A stretch of 64,000 nucleotides of DNA from an uncultured Gemmatimonadales bacterium (GTDB lineage: Bacteria > Gemmatimonadota > Gemmatimonadetes > Gemmatimonadales > GWC2-71-9). Made by a program: the position numbers and the translations under genes. The DNA lies in the NCBI GenBank assembly GCA_963821525.1, contig CAWGED010000010.1, forward strand, positions 32,001 through 96,000, written 5' to 3'. Shown here piece by piece: positions 28,181 to 38,699 of this stretch. A model generated the notes under the pieces. The model saw only the letters and a list, made by a program, of their open reading frames with translations. It did no database searches and was not told the origin of the DNA. How positions within the stretch are numbered: the first letter of the stretch is position 1; each line of letters starts with the position of its first letter.

Positions 28181-29433
28181 CCCAGGACGCCGCGGCGCGC
28201 GCCGAGGAGCTGGCCCGCACCGCCTACGGCCGGCTCCTCGCCGTCCTGGCTGCCAGGGATGGTGACATCGAGTCGGCCGAGGACTGCCTCGCCGAGGCCT
28301 TCGCGCAGGCGCTGCGCACCTGGCCAGAGACCGGGGTCCCGAACAGCCCTGAGGCCTGGCTCCTTACCGTGGCGCGCAATCGCGGGCACGACCTCCGCCG
28401 TTCAGCGGCGCACCGGCTGAACGAGCCACTCGCGAACCTCGAGCGGACCGGCGCGCTGTCGGTGGTGCCGGAGCTCGATCCCGATGCGATCCCCGACCGA
28501 CGGCTCGCGCTGCTCTTCGTCTGCGCCCATCCTGCCATCGATCCCGCCGCACGTACACCGCTCATGCTCCAGGCAGTGCTCGGTTTCGAAGCCGAGCAGA
28601 TCGGGCGCGCCTTCGCCATCCCGGCGACAGCGATGGCCCAGCGACTGGTGCGCGCCAAACGCCGCATCCGGGACGCGAAGATCCCGTTCGTCGTGCCCGA
28701 TCGTGGCCAGATGCCGACGCGCCTCACTCCCGTGCTCGAGGCGATCTACGGCGCCTACGCGATCGACTTCCCCCTGGTCGCCGGCACCGTGCCGCGGGAT
28801 TCGCTCGCGGGCGAGGCGCACTACCTCGCCACTATGCTCGCCGAGCTGCTTCCCGCGGAGGCCGAGGCGCTTGGCCTCGGGGCACTCATCTCGCTTTCTC
28901 TCGCCCGCCACCCCGCGCGCGGAACGGTCGACGAATTTGTGCCGCTCGACGAGCAGGATCCTTCGCTCTGGGACGCAGAGCTTATCGCGAAAGGGGAGCA
29001 GTACCTTCGGCGGGCGCGCGATCTCGACCGTATGGGCCGTTTTCAGATCGAGGCCGCCATTCAGTCAGTCCATTGCGCCCGCGCGACCTCAGGCGCGACC
29101 GACTGGCGCGCGCTGCTGACCCTCCACACCGCTCTCCTCTCGTTCGCGCCGACACTCGGCGTGCGGGTCGCCCATGCGGCGGCGGTGGGACGGGTCGAGG
29201 GTCCAGATGCTGGACTCGAAGCGCTCGATGCGATCGGGGATGATTCCGCGCCGCGTTTCCAGCCTGCGTGGGCAACGCGGGCCCACCTGCTGGCCGCTGC
29301 GGGACGTGCCGGGGAGGCCGCGCTTGCATACGAGCGCGCCATCTCCCTCACGACCAACGGGGCGGCGCGCCGCTACCTCGAGCGGGTAAGTGCCCGATTG
29401 GCTGGTGAAGCACGGCGGGCAGTAAGTCCCTGA
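28177..29433 (+). CDS. ECF sigma factor, ECF42 type (C-terminal DUF6596/TPR extension)
   Basis: YGRLLAVL, PEAWLLTVARN, LLFVCAHP, AQRLVRAK, QIEAAIQSVH; translationally coupled to the DGPF gene. Confidence 0.9.
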   Translation: MTQDAAARAEELARTAYGRLLAVLAARDGDIESAEDCLAEAFAQALRTWPETGVPNSPEAWLLTVARNRGHDLRRSAAHRLNEPLANLERTGALSVVPELDPDAIPDRRLALLFVCAHPAIDPAARTPLMLQAVLGFEAEQIGRAFAIPATAMAQRLVRAKRRIRDAKIPFVVPDRGQMPTRLTPVLEAIYGAYAIDFPLVAGTVPRDSLAGEAHYLATMLAELLPAEAEALGLGALISLSLARHPARGTVDEFVPLDEQDPSLWDAELIAKGEQYLRRARDLDRMGRFQIEAAIQSVHCARATSGATDWRALLTLHTALLSFAPTLGVRVAHAAAVGRVEGPDAGLEALDAIGDDSAPRFQPAWATRAHLLAAAGRAGEAALAYERAISLTTNGAARRYLERVSARLAGEARRAVSP

Positions 29434-29548
29434 GGGGCGCAGCTCATGGGCAGTGAGATCTGCCCCGGGGGACGATTGCCGTCGTGGGTTCCTCCCCCTA
29501 GCCTTCAGGTCGGTTTGGTCCCCCTTTTCCATCTTTGGAGACATTTCG

Positions 29549-30052
29549 ATGCGTCGTACTTTGGCTTACCTCCTGGTCGCCTGTTTCGTCGTCGGTTCCC
29601 TGCAGGCCCAGACACCTGCAAAGCAAGTCTCCGCGACCAGCCCGTCGCCGGCGACGCTGGATAGTGCCCTGGCTGCGTACCGCGCGGACATGCAGAGCAC
29701 CCGGGCCGACGTCATGGCCAAGAACCTGTCGCTCACCGCGGATCAGGCTGCCAAGTTCTGGCCGGTCTTCAATGCCTACCAGAAGGAACAGAACGTCATC
29801 ATGGACGAGCAGCTGCAGGATATTCAGCAGTACGTCGACGGCTATAATAGCATGGACGACGCGACCGCCCTCGCCCTCATCAAAGCGCATCTGGACCGGG
29901 ATGCCAAGATGACGGCGCTGCGCCAGAAGGGGCTGGTTGAGTTCCAGAAGGTGTTGCCCGGTATGCTTGCCGCGCGCGCGATGCAGATCGACCGGCGGCT
30001 GTCCCACGTGGCCCAGATGGAGATCTCCTCGAGGCTTCCCCTGATTCACTGA
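29549..30052 (+). CDS. Secreted helical hypothetical protein
   Basis: Signal peptide; LTADQAAKFWPVF motif. Confidence 0.8.
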   Translation: MRRTLAYLLVACFVVGSLQAQTPAKQVSATSPSPATLDSALAAYRADMQSTRADVMAKNLSLTADQAAKFWPVFNAYQKEQNVIMDEQLQDIQQYVDGYNSMDDATALALIKAHLDRDAKMTALRQKGLVEFQKVLPGMLAARAMQIDRRLSHVAQMEISSRLPLIH

Positions 30053-30084
30053 GGCGCACGAAGCAAGACCCGTGTCGAGAGCCG

Positions 30085-30468
30085 ATGGAAACGCCCCTCG
30101 ATACTGTGAATCGCCTCATCCGGGCGATCAACGCGGGCGACTTGGCTACGGCCGTGGCACTCTATGAGCCCGATGCGGTCCTCGTGGTTCAACCAGGTCA
30201 AGTCGCACGCGGGTCAGTCCAGCTACGCGAAGCGCTCAACGCTTTTGTCGCTTTGGGACCGACGCTGACTTCGGAGGCGCAGCATGTCCTGGAAGCCGGG
30301 GACGTGGCACTATACCTTGGCCGCTGGCAAGTTCGCGGTACTGATCCAGCTGGGGCACCGGTGATGCTCAAGGGCGAGTCGACCGACCTGCTCCGGCGTC
30401 AACGAGACGGTCGCTGGCTCATCGCCATCGATAATCCGTGGGGGCCTCAATTGCTGGGTCCAGGCTGA
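30085..30468 (+). CDS. YybH/DUF4440 SnoaL-like protein
   Basis: ALYEPDA, RRQRDGRWLIAIDNP. Confidence 0.9.
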   Translation: METPLDTVNRLIRAINAGDLATAVALYEPDAVLVVQPGQVARGSVQLREALNAFVALGPTLTSEAQHVLEAGDVALYLGRWQVRGTDPAGAPVMLKGESTDLLRRQRDGRWLIAIDNPWGPQLLGPG

Positions 30469-30515
30469 AGGGGATCTAGCTGGGAAGAACTCTCACCCAC
30501 GGCCTCACCGCCGCA

Positions 30516-30907
30516 TTGGCGCTCTTGGGTGCCATTGACTGCGGGACTCCACCGACGGTCGTGGCCGGTCCTCAGGAGATTTCCTCTACTCCCCAACAGA
30601 TCACGTTCCTCGGCCCAGTCCCAGTTTCCGGCCCGAGGCGGGAACTCTGTTTCGACTTCGACCCGCCGGGGAATCTCAGAAGGCTTCGACCCTGCAGGCG
30701 GTTCTCCTCACCACCGAAGGCCGTCGCGATACCCTGCTTGAGCCCGGCGTGGATCGGCGCGGTGAGAGCCGGGTGTGTCTCGTGGCCGATCACCCCTCTG
30801 CAGCCGAAGTAACTCGTCTCGAAGGGTCGCAGTATCGCGGCGTCGAGCTCACGAGCAGCGCTGCTCCGGTGCATGTTAAGGCCATTCGCTGGTTGAGCGG
30901 TCGCTAA
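30516..30907 (+). pseudogene. Frameshifted hypothetical (lipo)protein
   Basis: N-terminal frame LLGAIDC... switches near 30680 to LQAVLLTT...AIRWLSGR*, whose TAA abuts the next ATG. Confidence 0.45.
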
Positions 30908-31246
30908 ATGACTCCTGAAGCTATCGTCCAGCGCCAGTTCGAGGCGGCCAACGCGCACGACATTGAACGCTTCATCGCGGAATTCGCCGACGATGCCCAA
31001 GTCTTCATGCCGCCGGCGGTGGCCCCGACGCTGGTGGGTAAACCCGACATTGCTCATCACTACAGCACCAAGCGTTTCAATATCCGGGCACTCCACTATG
31101 AGCTGCTGAACCGTATAGTGACCGGAAACATCGTCGTCGACCACGAGCGGATTAGCGGTATCGAGCCCGAGCCGTATGAGGTGGTGCTTGTATACCAGAT
31201 CATCGACGGTCGAGTTCAGACCGTGTGGCTCTTCCGGTCGGCCTAG
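30908..31246 (+). CDS. SnoaL-like protein
   Basis: VQRQFEAANAHD, GNIVVDHE. Confidence 0.88.
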   Translation: MTPEAIVQRQFEAANAHDIERFIAEFADDAQVFMPPAVAPTLVGKPDIAHHYSTKRFNIRALHYELLNRIVTGNIVVDHERISGIEPEPYEVVLVYQIIDGRVQTVWLFRSA

Positions 31247-31306
31247 CCAAGCTCTATCCTCATCTCCTCCATCTGGTAGGCGCGGCGCTCGTACTCTGGA
31301 GGGACC

Positions 31307-32104
31307 ATGGGCGACTGGCTACTCAATCTCCCCGTCCTTGCGATGGGAATCATCATCCTCGGGGCCATCTATCTCCTCACCGCTGCGATCTACCTGCTGG
31401 TCACCAAGCTCGCCGTGGGTGAGCGGCTGAAGGCATTCAAAGCGATCACACCGGGCATCCTTCCGCCGCTGAGCGTCGTCTTCGCCCTGCTGGTCGCCTT
31501 CCTGGCCAACCAGGTCTGGGGCGAAGCCGACAAGGCGAGCACTGCGGTCAATCGGGAGGCGAGCGCCTTACGCGCCGTCGTGCTTCTTGCTTCCCAGTTT
31601 CCGGGTGAGACAGAGACGCAGCTGCGTGGGCTCATCCACGACTACATCCAGGACGCCGCGAATCAGGAGTGGCCTGATATGGCCCGGCACCACGTCACCC
31701 TGACGATCGCCCCACCCAAGCTCGCCGAGGCGTTGCGGCTGGCGCTTTCACTCACACCGCAGCAGGTGGGTCAGGTGGACGCCCAGCGCGAGATGGTTGC
31801 CGCGCTCCAGAACGCCTTCGATGCCCGCCGCCAGCGCATCGTCCTCAGTGGATCGTCGATCAACTGGGTCAAATGGACCGTGCTGCTGATCCAGGCGGGA
31901 CTCACCCTGCTCACGATCGCCATGGTGCACTGCGACAATCGCCTCGCCAACCGCATCGTCCTGGGAATTTTCGCGACTGGCGTCGGGGTCGCCGTCTGGC
32001 TGATCGCCGCGAATACCCGCCCCTTCGCCGGTCAGATCTCGGTGCGCCCCACCCTCCTGCTTCAGGTGATGCCGGAGGCGGGCCCGGACGGAGCAGGTCC
32101 CTGA
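31307..32104 (+). CDS. DUF4239 (bestrophin-like) membrane protein
   Basis: FALLVAF, REASAL, EWP, ARRQR, RPFAG. Confidence 0.85.
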   Translation: MGDWLLNLPVLAMGIIILGAIYLLTAAIYLLVTKLAVGERLKAFKAITPGILPPLSVVFALLVAFLANQVWGEADKASTAVNREASALRAVVLLASQFPGETETQLRGLIHDYIQDAANQEWPDMARHHVTLTIAPPKLAEALRLALSLTPQQVGQVDAQREMVAALQNAFDARRQRIVLSGSSINWVKWTVLLIQAGLTLLTIAMVHCDNRLANRIVLGIFATGVGVAVWLIAANTRPFAGQISVRPTLLLQVMPEAGPDGAGP

Positions 32105-32171
32105 AGCGATTCGCAGGGAAGCCGGTCGCTGACTGGGCTGCGGTGTTGGGCGACGTGATGCACTTCGATCT

Positions 32172-32814
32172 ATGACGTGCCACTGCGAAGCCACCGATCA
32201 ACATTTCGGGCCCGTCCGAGCCCAGGAGGACCTGGCGGCCTACCGGCGGCGCGGGGCTACCGGCACGGCTCGACGGCTTCGTTCGCCTGGTGGGCGACTG
32301 CCAGGTGCAGGCCGAGACCCTGCTCGACATCGGAGCGGGCGTGGGGATCCTGCATCATGAGCTCCTGGCCCGAGGAGTCGGCACCGCAATGCACGTGGAA
32401 GCCAGTCGCGCATTTGTGCAGGCCGCGCAGGATGAGACTGGGAGACGGGGACAGGGCGGGCGGGTGACATTTCTGCACGGGGATTTTCTGGCTCTGGCTC
32501 CCACGATCCCGGCGGCGGATCTGGTAACGCTTGATCGGGTGCTCTGCTGCTATCACGAGCTCGACCCGTTGTTGCTGACCTCCGCGGCGCGCAGCCGGCG
32601 CTACTGGGCGGCCAGCTTTCCCCGGGATCGCTGGTACGTCCACCTGTATACTCGCTGGGAGAACCGCCGCAGGGCACGCAACGGGGACGCGTTTCGAACC
32701 TTCGTTCACCCGGTTACGCGAATTTACCAATTGCTGGCTCAGGCCGGGCTGCGTCCGCTCCGCGTCTCTCGGCGCCCGGTCTGGGAGACCGTGCTCTGCA
32801 TCCGGGAGAGCTAG
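32172..32814 (+). pseudogene. SAM methyltransferase (BchM-like), frameshift near 32280
   Basis: N-terminus in ORF 32172-32360; LLDIGAGVG and VTLDRVLCCY in ORF 32290-32814. Confidence 0.8.
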
Positions 32815-32931
32815 GCGACGCGGGCCGGATCGACGTGGACGGCCACGGGGGATGAGGTCCCGGAACTTCCGCCCGTTCGATCCGTACAAGAGGGTGGCCG
32901 CTCACACCGAATCCCCCTCAAGGAGAGCCCT

Positions 32932-33522
32932 ATGACCGCCTCACCGAGTCGGTTCTCGGTGCCAGCCCTGGCCGTGATGGCGGGCCTGGCCAGTTTCGTC
33001 GCCACTCCACTCGCTGCCCAGGCGGTCAGTAACACGGCCGAGTTCGAGGCCTGGCGCAAGGTCCAGAAGGAAGACATCGACGGACTGAGGGAAAAGTTCA
33101 TGGCGCTGGCCAAGGCAGTGCCGGCGGACAAGCTCAAGTGGAAGCCGATGGAGGGAACCCGGTCGTTCCACGACGTGTTCGCCCACATCGCCGCCGAGGG
33201 GAATACCGAGACGGCGATGTTCGGGAAGCCCCTACCTGCCGGCTCCCTCGCCGACTTCGACGCCGAGGAAGCACGGCTCGGCAAACTCTCGGATGATCAG
33301 CTGATCGCGGTGATGGACAAGTCGATGCAGAGCCTGAGCGCCACCCTGGCCGGGCTGTCGCTCGACAAGATGAACACGCCGATCACCTACTACGGCCAGT
33401 CCACCCTGCCCCGCGTCGCGACCACCTACACGCTGAACGATCTGCACGAGCACCTGGGCCAGCTGGTGTCGTACGCGCGGATGAACCAGATCGTGCCGCC
33501 GTGGAGCAAGAAACCCGGGTGA
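32932..33522 (+). CDS. Secreted DinB family protein
   Basis: WKPMEGTRSF..VFAH, HEHLGQLVSYARMNQIVPPW. Confidence 0.9.
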   Translation: MTASPSRFSVPALAVMAGLASFVATPLAAQAVSNTAEFEAWRKVQKEDIDGLREKFMALAKAVPADKLKWKPMEGTRSFHDVFAHIAAEGNTETAMFGKPLPAGSLADFDAEEARLGKLSDDQLIAVMDKSMQSLSATLAGLSLDKMNTPITYYGQSTLPRVATTYTLNDLHEHLGQLVSYARMNQIVPPWSKKPG

Positions 33523-34013
33523 GGTGGGGCGAGCCTCTTGCGATTGGTCTTGGCGCCACCCTGCTGATGGACCTCTGGAACCTGTTCTTGAAGCGCGCCT
33601 TCAGCATTCCGTCACTCAACTACTGCATGCTCGGGCGCTGGGTCAGCCACCTGCCGTCGGGCACTTTCAGGCATGTGAGTATTGGCGCCGCCCCGCAAAA
33701 GCCCCACGAATGTGCGGTCGGCTGGGTTGCCCACTACAGCATTGGCATCGTGCTCGCCCTCGTCTTTGTCCTGATCGTTTCCGGTGAATGGCTCGCCCGG
33801 CCAACGGCCCTCCCCGCCCTGCTCTTCGGCATCGCCACCGTGGTCCTTCCGTTTTTCATCCTGCAACCTTCGCTAGGACTCGGCATCGCCTCGTCGCGAT
33901 CCCCCAATCCGACACAGGCCAGGCTCAAAAGCCTCGTGACCCACACCGTGTTCGGTGTCGGACTCTATGTTTGCGCCCTCGTCGTGAGCTACCTGCTGCG
34001 TGCGGCTGCTTAG
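33519..34013 (+). CDS. DUF2938 membrane protein
   Basis: GATLLMDLW, GRW, GWVAHY, QPSLGLG, HTVFG. Confidence 0.88.
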   Translation: MRWGEPLAIGLGATLLMDLWNLFLKRAFSIPSLNYCMLGRWVSHLPSGTFRHVSIGAAPQKPHECAVGWVAHYSIGIVLALVFVLIVSGEWLARPTALPALLFGIATVVLPFFILQPSLGLGIASSRSPNPTQARLKSLVTHTVFGVGLYVCALVVSYLLRAAA

Positions 34014-34084
34014 CCATGGGCCGCTGCGAGTCTCGACCTCGAATACCCGAGGGGGTGTGTGAAGAACCGTTCTAAAGGATTCCC

Positions 34085-34405
34085 ATGAGATCACTCGACT
34101 TTGCAACCGTGACGCCACGTGAGATCGCGCCAGGCTACCTCGGCCGCTACCTCCACTCGGACCATATTACGCAAGGCCGAGTTGACATCGCTCCGGGCGC
34201 CGTCGTCCCCGAGCACTCCCATCCGCACGAGCAATGGACCCTGCTGCTCACCGGCTCCCTCGAACTTACGGTCTCCGGCGTCCCCCACGTCTTGCGACCG
34301 GGGCAGATGCTCTACATCGCACCGCATGAGCGCCATTCGGCGCGCGCCCTCAAGGCTTCCGTGGTCCTCGATGTGTTCCATCCGCCTCGGGATGACTACC
34401 GGTGA
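34085..34405 (+). CDS. Cupin 2 domain protein
   Basis: HSHPHEQ, DVFHPPRDDY. Confidence 0.9.
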   Translation: MRSLDFATVTPREIAPGYLGRYLHSDHITQGRVDIAPGAVVPEHSHPHEQWTLLLTGSLELTVSGVPHVLRPGQMLYIAPHERHSARALKASVVLDVFHPPRDDYR

Positions 34406-34419
34406 GGCACGATCTGATC

Positions 34420-35055
34420 GGCCGCGGATGAACGCGGATAACAACGCAGAACTGTGCAAATGTTTCCGTGGGATCCCTAAGGATCTGACAGACCCTTATT
34501 TCTGTGTTCATCTGCGTTTATCTGCGGCCCTGCCGGCTTCAGCGAGTAGAAGGCGGCGGATGTCGCGCACCAGATCTACAAGAAGTGGCCTGCGGACTGA
34601 TTCAGCCGCAGAAGAACGCAGATAAACGCAGAACTGGTGCAAGTGCATTTGGGTAAATCGCCGGAGGACTAACAAACCTATATCTGCGTTCTATCCGCGG
34701 CCTCTGCCGACTTCAGCGAGTGGAAGACCGTAGGATATCGCCTGCGGCCCGATTCAGCCGCAGAAGAACGCAGATAAACGCAGAACTGGTGCAGGTGCAT
34801 TTGGCGTAAATCGCCTGATGACTAAGAAACCCTATATCTGCGTTCATCCGCGTTTATCCGCGGCCTCTGTGTGGTTCCTGCGCAGCCTTGGCCCGCTCCG
34901 TAAGATTTAGCCGCTGCAGGACGCAAATAAACACAGAGCTGTTTCCCAGTTGGCCTGGCTAAGTCCCAAGTGAAATTGGTAGGTCCCGTTTCAGTTTGAG
35001 TCTCCGCAGGTCTATGAATCCTTTTTTCTGCGTTCATCTGCGTTTATCTGCGGCC
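34420..35055. repeat. Array of four inverted-tandem-repeat elements (CGCAGA type)
   Basis: Units 34420-34529, 34604-34702, 34756-34865 and 34909-35055, each approximating GCCGCAGAWGAACGCAGATAAACGCAGA ... TCTGCGTTCATCTGCGTTTATCTGCGGCC. Confidence 0.9.
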
Positions 35056-35056
35056 T

Positions 35057-36732
35057 ATGACTACTTCCTCGCCACTCCACTTAGACTTTCGACCGCCGAC
35101 CCGGGCGTGGTCCCAGGCAATCGGTCTGTTCGCCGCCTTTCTTGGAACCTTCGCCGGGGGAGCAGCAGGCCAGGTCCAGCCGCACGCCGGCCATCCCCTG
35201 GGCACGGTTCACTTCCCCATCAGCTGCTCGGAACCGGCTCAAGTGGAGTTCGACCGGGCGGTCGCCCTCCTGCATCACATGACGTATCCCCAGGCGCGCG
35301 AAGGATTCGAGCGGGTCGCCACCATCGATTCGAAATGCGCGATGGCGTATTGGGGAGTTGCGATGACCCTGTTCCAGCCGCTCTGGCCTACGAGGCCGCG
35401 ACCCGAAGCGCTGCAGCGTGGGTGGGACGCCGTGCTGAAGGCCAAGACCCTGGCACCGCCGACGGAACGGGAACAGCTCTTCGTCGCCGCGGCGGAGGCC
35501 TTCTTCCTCGAACCGGCGTCTACCGATTATTGGCTCCGCATCCGGCGGTGGAAACAGGCGATGGAGAAGGTCTACTCGTCCTTCCCCGACGATCCCGAAG
35601 CCGCATCGTTTTACGCTCTGGCGCTTCTGGCCACGACCCCCTCGGATTCGAGTCCTCGCGCGCATGCTGACCAGGCCGCCCAAATTCTCCTCGGTGTCTA
35701 CGAGAAGAATCCGGACCACCCGGGTGCCATGCACTACCTGGTTCACGCCAACGATGTCCCGGGCCGCGAACGGGAATCACTGGAGATCACGGAGAAGTAC
35801 GAAGCCGCCGCACCGAGCAATCCACACGCGCTCCATATGCCGACGCATATCTATACCCGACTCGGCGACTGGAATGGCGTAATCCGGGGGAACCTGCGGG
35901 CAGCAGAGGCGGCATTACAGTATCCGGCGGGAGACCAGGGGAATTCGTCTGGGACGAGTTTCCCCACGCGATCGAGTATCTCGTCTATGCCTATCTCCAG
36001 AAAGGCGCGGACGACAGAGCCGCCACGCAGTTGAACCGGCTGCGCGCAACGGCCCGATTGGAACCCACCTTCAAGACCGCTTTTCACCTCGCGTCTACAC
36101 AGGCCCGTTACGCCTTGGAGCGTCGCGCCTGGAACGAGGCTGTGTTGCTGGTTCCCCGGGAGCCTGCTACCCTCGACTGGGATCGTTTCACCTGGCCGGA
36201 AGCCATCGTGCGATTCGCGCGGGGCCTGGGCGCGGCGCATCTGGGGAGAGTCAACGGAGCCAGAGCAGAGGTAGAGCGGCTGAACCAACTCGACGAGGCA
36301 ACCCAGAAGACGGGAGAAGACCTGTTTGCGCGGAACATCCGAATGCTCCGGCTCGAGTTGAGCGCATGGATTGCCCACGCGGAGCGACAGGAGGACTCGA
36401 GCGTTGCGCTGATGCGGGAGGCGGCCGAGCTTGAGGTCTCGACCCCGAAGCCCGCCGTAACTCCGGCACCCACCCTTCCCGCCCACGAGCTGTTGGGGGA
36501 CCTTTTGATGGAGCAGAAGCACCCGGCGGAAGCGCTCGCGGCGTACCAGCGTTCGATGGAACTCTATCCCAGGCGTTTCAACAGCCTGCTGGGCGCCGCT
36601 CGGGCAGCACGCGCACTCGGTGACGAAGCCCAGGCGCGTACGTTCTACGGCGAGCTTCTCGAAGTTGCGGATAGCGGAACTCGGCAGCCGGCCCTGAAGG
36701 AGGCACAGGACTATGTGGCAAAACGGCAATGA
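35057..36732 (+). pseudogene. Secreted TPR-like protein, frameshift near 35940
   Basis: LGTVHFPISC, HPGAMHYLVHA, HALHMPTHIY in the first ORF; continuation in 36031-36732. Confidence 0.85.
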
Positions 36733-38152
36733 TCGAGGCGTCTGGAGCTTCTTTTCCCCGGGCCTGGCTCTCCTCCTGATTCTGGCCGCAACGCTTGCTC
36801 CGGCCCGAAGCCTCATGGCCCAAGGCGAGCGTCAGATCGACGGACATTGGTCCTGTCAAACCATCCAGGCCAACAACACGATGTACGTCTCCGCAGTATG
36901 GGACGACAACGCGTGGCCGGATCAGGTCAGGACGGCCTGGCTTCAGTACCTCATCTCCAAGTACCAGTTCAAGGGCGATCCCTCCTGCAGCGTCGCCTAC
37001 AAGTCCGGCTCGACCCTCGAAAAAATTCAGGGGGATCAGAAGAGCTACTCCGCTCAGTTGCGGGCCCAAGGTGTCAAGGTCATCGAGACCGGGTGGACTT
37101 TCGTTCCCGCGAAGGTCAGCCTGCCCTATTACTGCTTTGGGGCGGTGATGGTGCGGAACGGCGGCCAGCAACAGGGCTACTTCTATATGACGAAGGTGCT
37201 GGGAATGTCTCCCAACTCGCTGGACCAGCTGGGCGCCGCATGGGCCAAGCATGCCGAGGAGTTGCACCCCGGCCTCTACTGGGAGCCGCGGCCTGGTTGC
37301 AGCCTGCTGCCCGCCGACCCGGCGAAGCAGCAGGCCACGTTCGACGAGTGGGTCAAGCAGTGGACCGACAAGAAGTACGAAATCGTTCGAGATGACTGGA
37401 CCTACACCGGCCCGGTTGTCGCCACGGCGGCCGACTCGGCAACGGGCTACTACTGCCAGCTCCTCTCGGGCAAGCTCCTCTACATCACCGGCGTGAACCT
37501 GCTGGAAGAGCCGGAAGCAACCTACGACTGGCAGGGCTATCGCGCAGCATGGTACAACTACGCCCGCAACACCCTCAAGATCGACCCCGGCGCCTTCCTC
37601 GGCGGTTGTGATACGGGGAAGATGCCGGTAGCGCAACATGCCAGGGCCGCCCGCGTCGCGGACATCAAGGGCCAAGCGGGGGGCGAGGTCCACGAGGTAA
37701 ACTGGAAATACACCAAGAGCCAGACGACCGCTCCGGCTCCTGCTAGTGCCGCAGCTCCCGCGGCCGCCGCAGCTCCCGTAGCCGCAGCATCGCCTGTAGC
37801 CGCCAAGCCTCCCACGACACAGCCTGCGGCGCCCACTGCTCCGGCCGCTGCACCGCCCAAGCCGCAGCAGTTCTACTACTGCCAATGGATCCGGCAGCCG
37901 GCAAACGGCCAGGGCGCGATGACCTTCTACCTCACCGACGCGTTCGGCAGCACTACCCCGCAGGCCACCATCACTCAGAAGTGGCAGCAGCACGTCACCG
38001 CCACCTACCACCCGGAAGGCTCGGTCCAGGGCTCGGCGCTTTGCAGCCATGTCTCGCCGGATCCGGCGTCACAGAAGGCGGTGATCGGCGCCATCGTCAA
38101 CGCCGCTAAGGCGAGCAAGGCGTCGGTCGTCAGCGACAAGTGGAGCAACTGA
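36713..38152 (+). CDS. Secreted protein with four repeats of a Cys-pair domain and a Pro/Ala linker
   Basis: Signal peptide; repeats begin at HWSC, YYCF, YYCQ and YYCQ. Confidence 0.8.
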   Translation: MWQNGNDRGVWSFFSPGLALLLILAATLAPARSLMAQGERQIDGHWSCQTIQANNTMYVSAVWDDNAWPDQVRTAWLQYLISKYQFKGDPSCSVAYKSGSTLEKIQGDQKSYSAQLRAQGVKVIETGWTFVPAKVSLPYYCFGAVMVRNGGQQQGYFYMTKVLGMSPNSLDQLGAAWAKHAEELHPGLYWEPRPGCSLLPADPAKQQATFDEWVKQWTDKKYEIVRDDWTYTGPVVATAADSATGYYCQLLSGKLLYITGVNLLEEPEATYDWQGYRAAWYNYARNTLKIDPGAFLGGCDTGKMPVAQHARAARVADIKGQAGGEVHEVNWKYTKSQTTAPAPASAAAPAAAAAPVAAASPVAAKPPTTQPAAPTAPAAAPPKPQQFYYCQWIRQPANGQGAMTFYLTDAFGSTTPQATITQKWQQHVTATYHPEGSVQGSALCSHVSPDPASQKAVIGAIVNAAKASKASVVSDKWSN

Positions 38153-38211
38153 GAAATGAGAAAGGGCCCCGCATCGCCCACCAAGGGCTCGGTTGATCGC
38201 ACCGCCGGGCT

Positions 38212-38238
38212 TGTCGATTTCCCCGATCCCGGTTCGAC
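38212..38238 (+). promoter_or_regulatory. ECF42-type promoter
   Basis: TGTCGA-N17-CGAC upstream of a DGPF/YciI gene. Confidence 0.7.
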
Positions 38239-38339
38239 GTCTCATTGAAGGCGAGCTCATCCCTCGCGGCAACTCGGCCGGGTCGGGATAGCCAATTTCA
38301 ACAAGGGCAACACCTTGCCGCTACCCTGGGAGACGACAG

Positions 38340-38699
38340 ATGAAGGTCCTCATGATGATCAAACATTCTGAAAACGTTCGCTCGGAGCCAATCCCTCAGG
38401 CGCTGATGGACGCCATGGGCAAGTTCGTGGAGGACGGCTTCAAGAGCGGTGTGCTCAAGGACACGGCCGGACTCAAGCCCACTGCGGAGGCGTTCCGGAT
38501 TCGCTTGAGTGGCGGCAAGCTGAAGGTGACCGATGGTCCCTTCACCGAGGCCAAGGAAGTCGTGGGTGGTTACGCAATTGTCGAGGTGAAGTCGCGGGAC
38601 GAAGCGCTGAAAATCGCGCGCGATTTCATGGAGCTCCACCGGGTGCACTGGCCGACCTTCGAGGGCGAGTCCGAGGTGCGGCCGCTGGAGGATTACTAG
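38340..38699 (+). CDS. YciI/DGPF family protein
   Basis: TDGPFTEAKEVVGGY, EVRP. Confidence 0.92.
   Translation: MKVLMMIKHSENVRSEPIPQALMDAMGKFVEDGFKSGVLKDTAGLKPTAEAFRIRLSGGKLKVTDGPFTEAKEVVGGYAIVEVKSRDEALKIARDFMELHRVHWPTFEGESEVRPLEDY

Noticed and set aside
30892..30898. GTTGAGC as an attC core before the SnoaL gene
   Set aside because: It lies inside the 3' end of the preceding frame (WLSGR*) and has no paired arm.
31241..31247. GCCTAGC at stop codons (also near 53565) as mutated attC R''
   Set aside because: Ala-stop GCC TAG is common in GC-rich DNA and no L arm follows.
34420..35055. CRISPR array
   Set aside because: Repeats alternate in orientation, the intervening sequences are partly homologous and uneven in length, and there are no cas genes.
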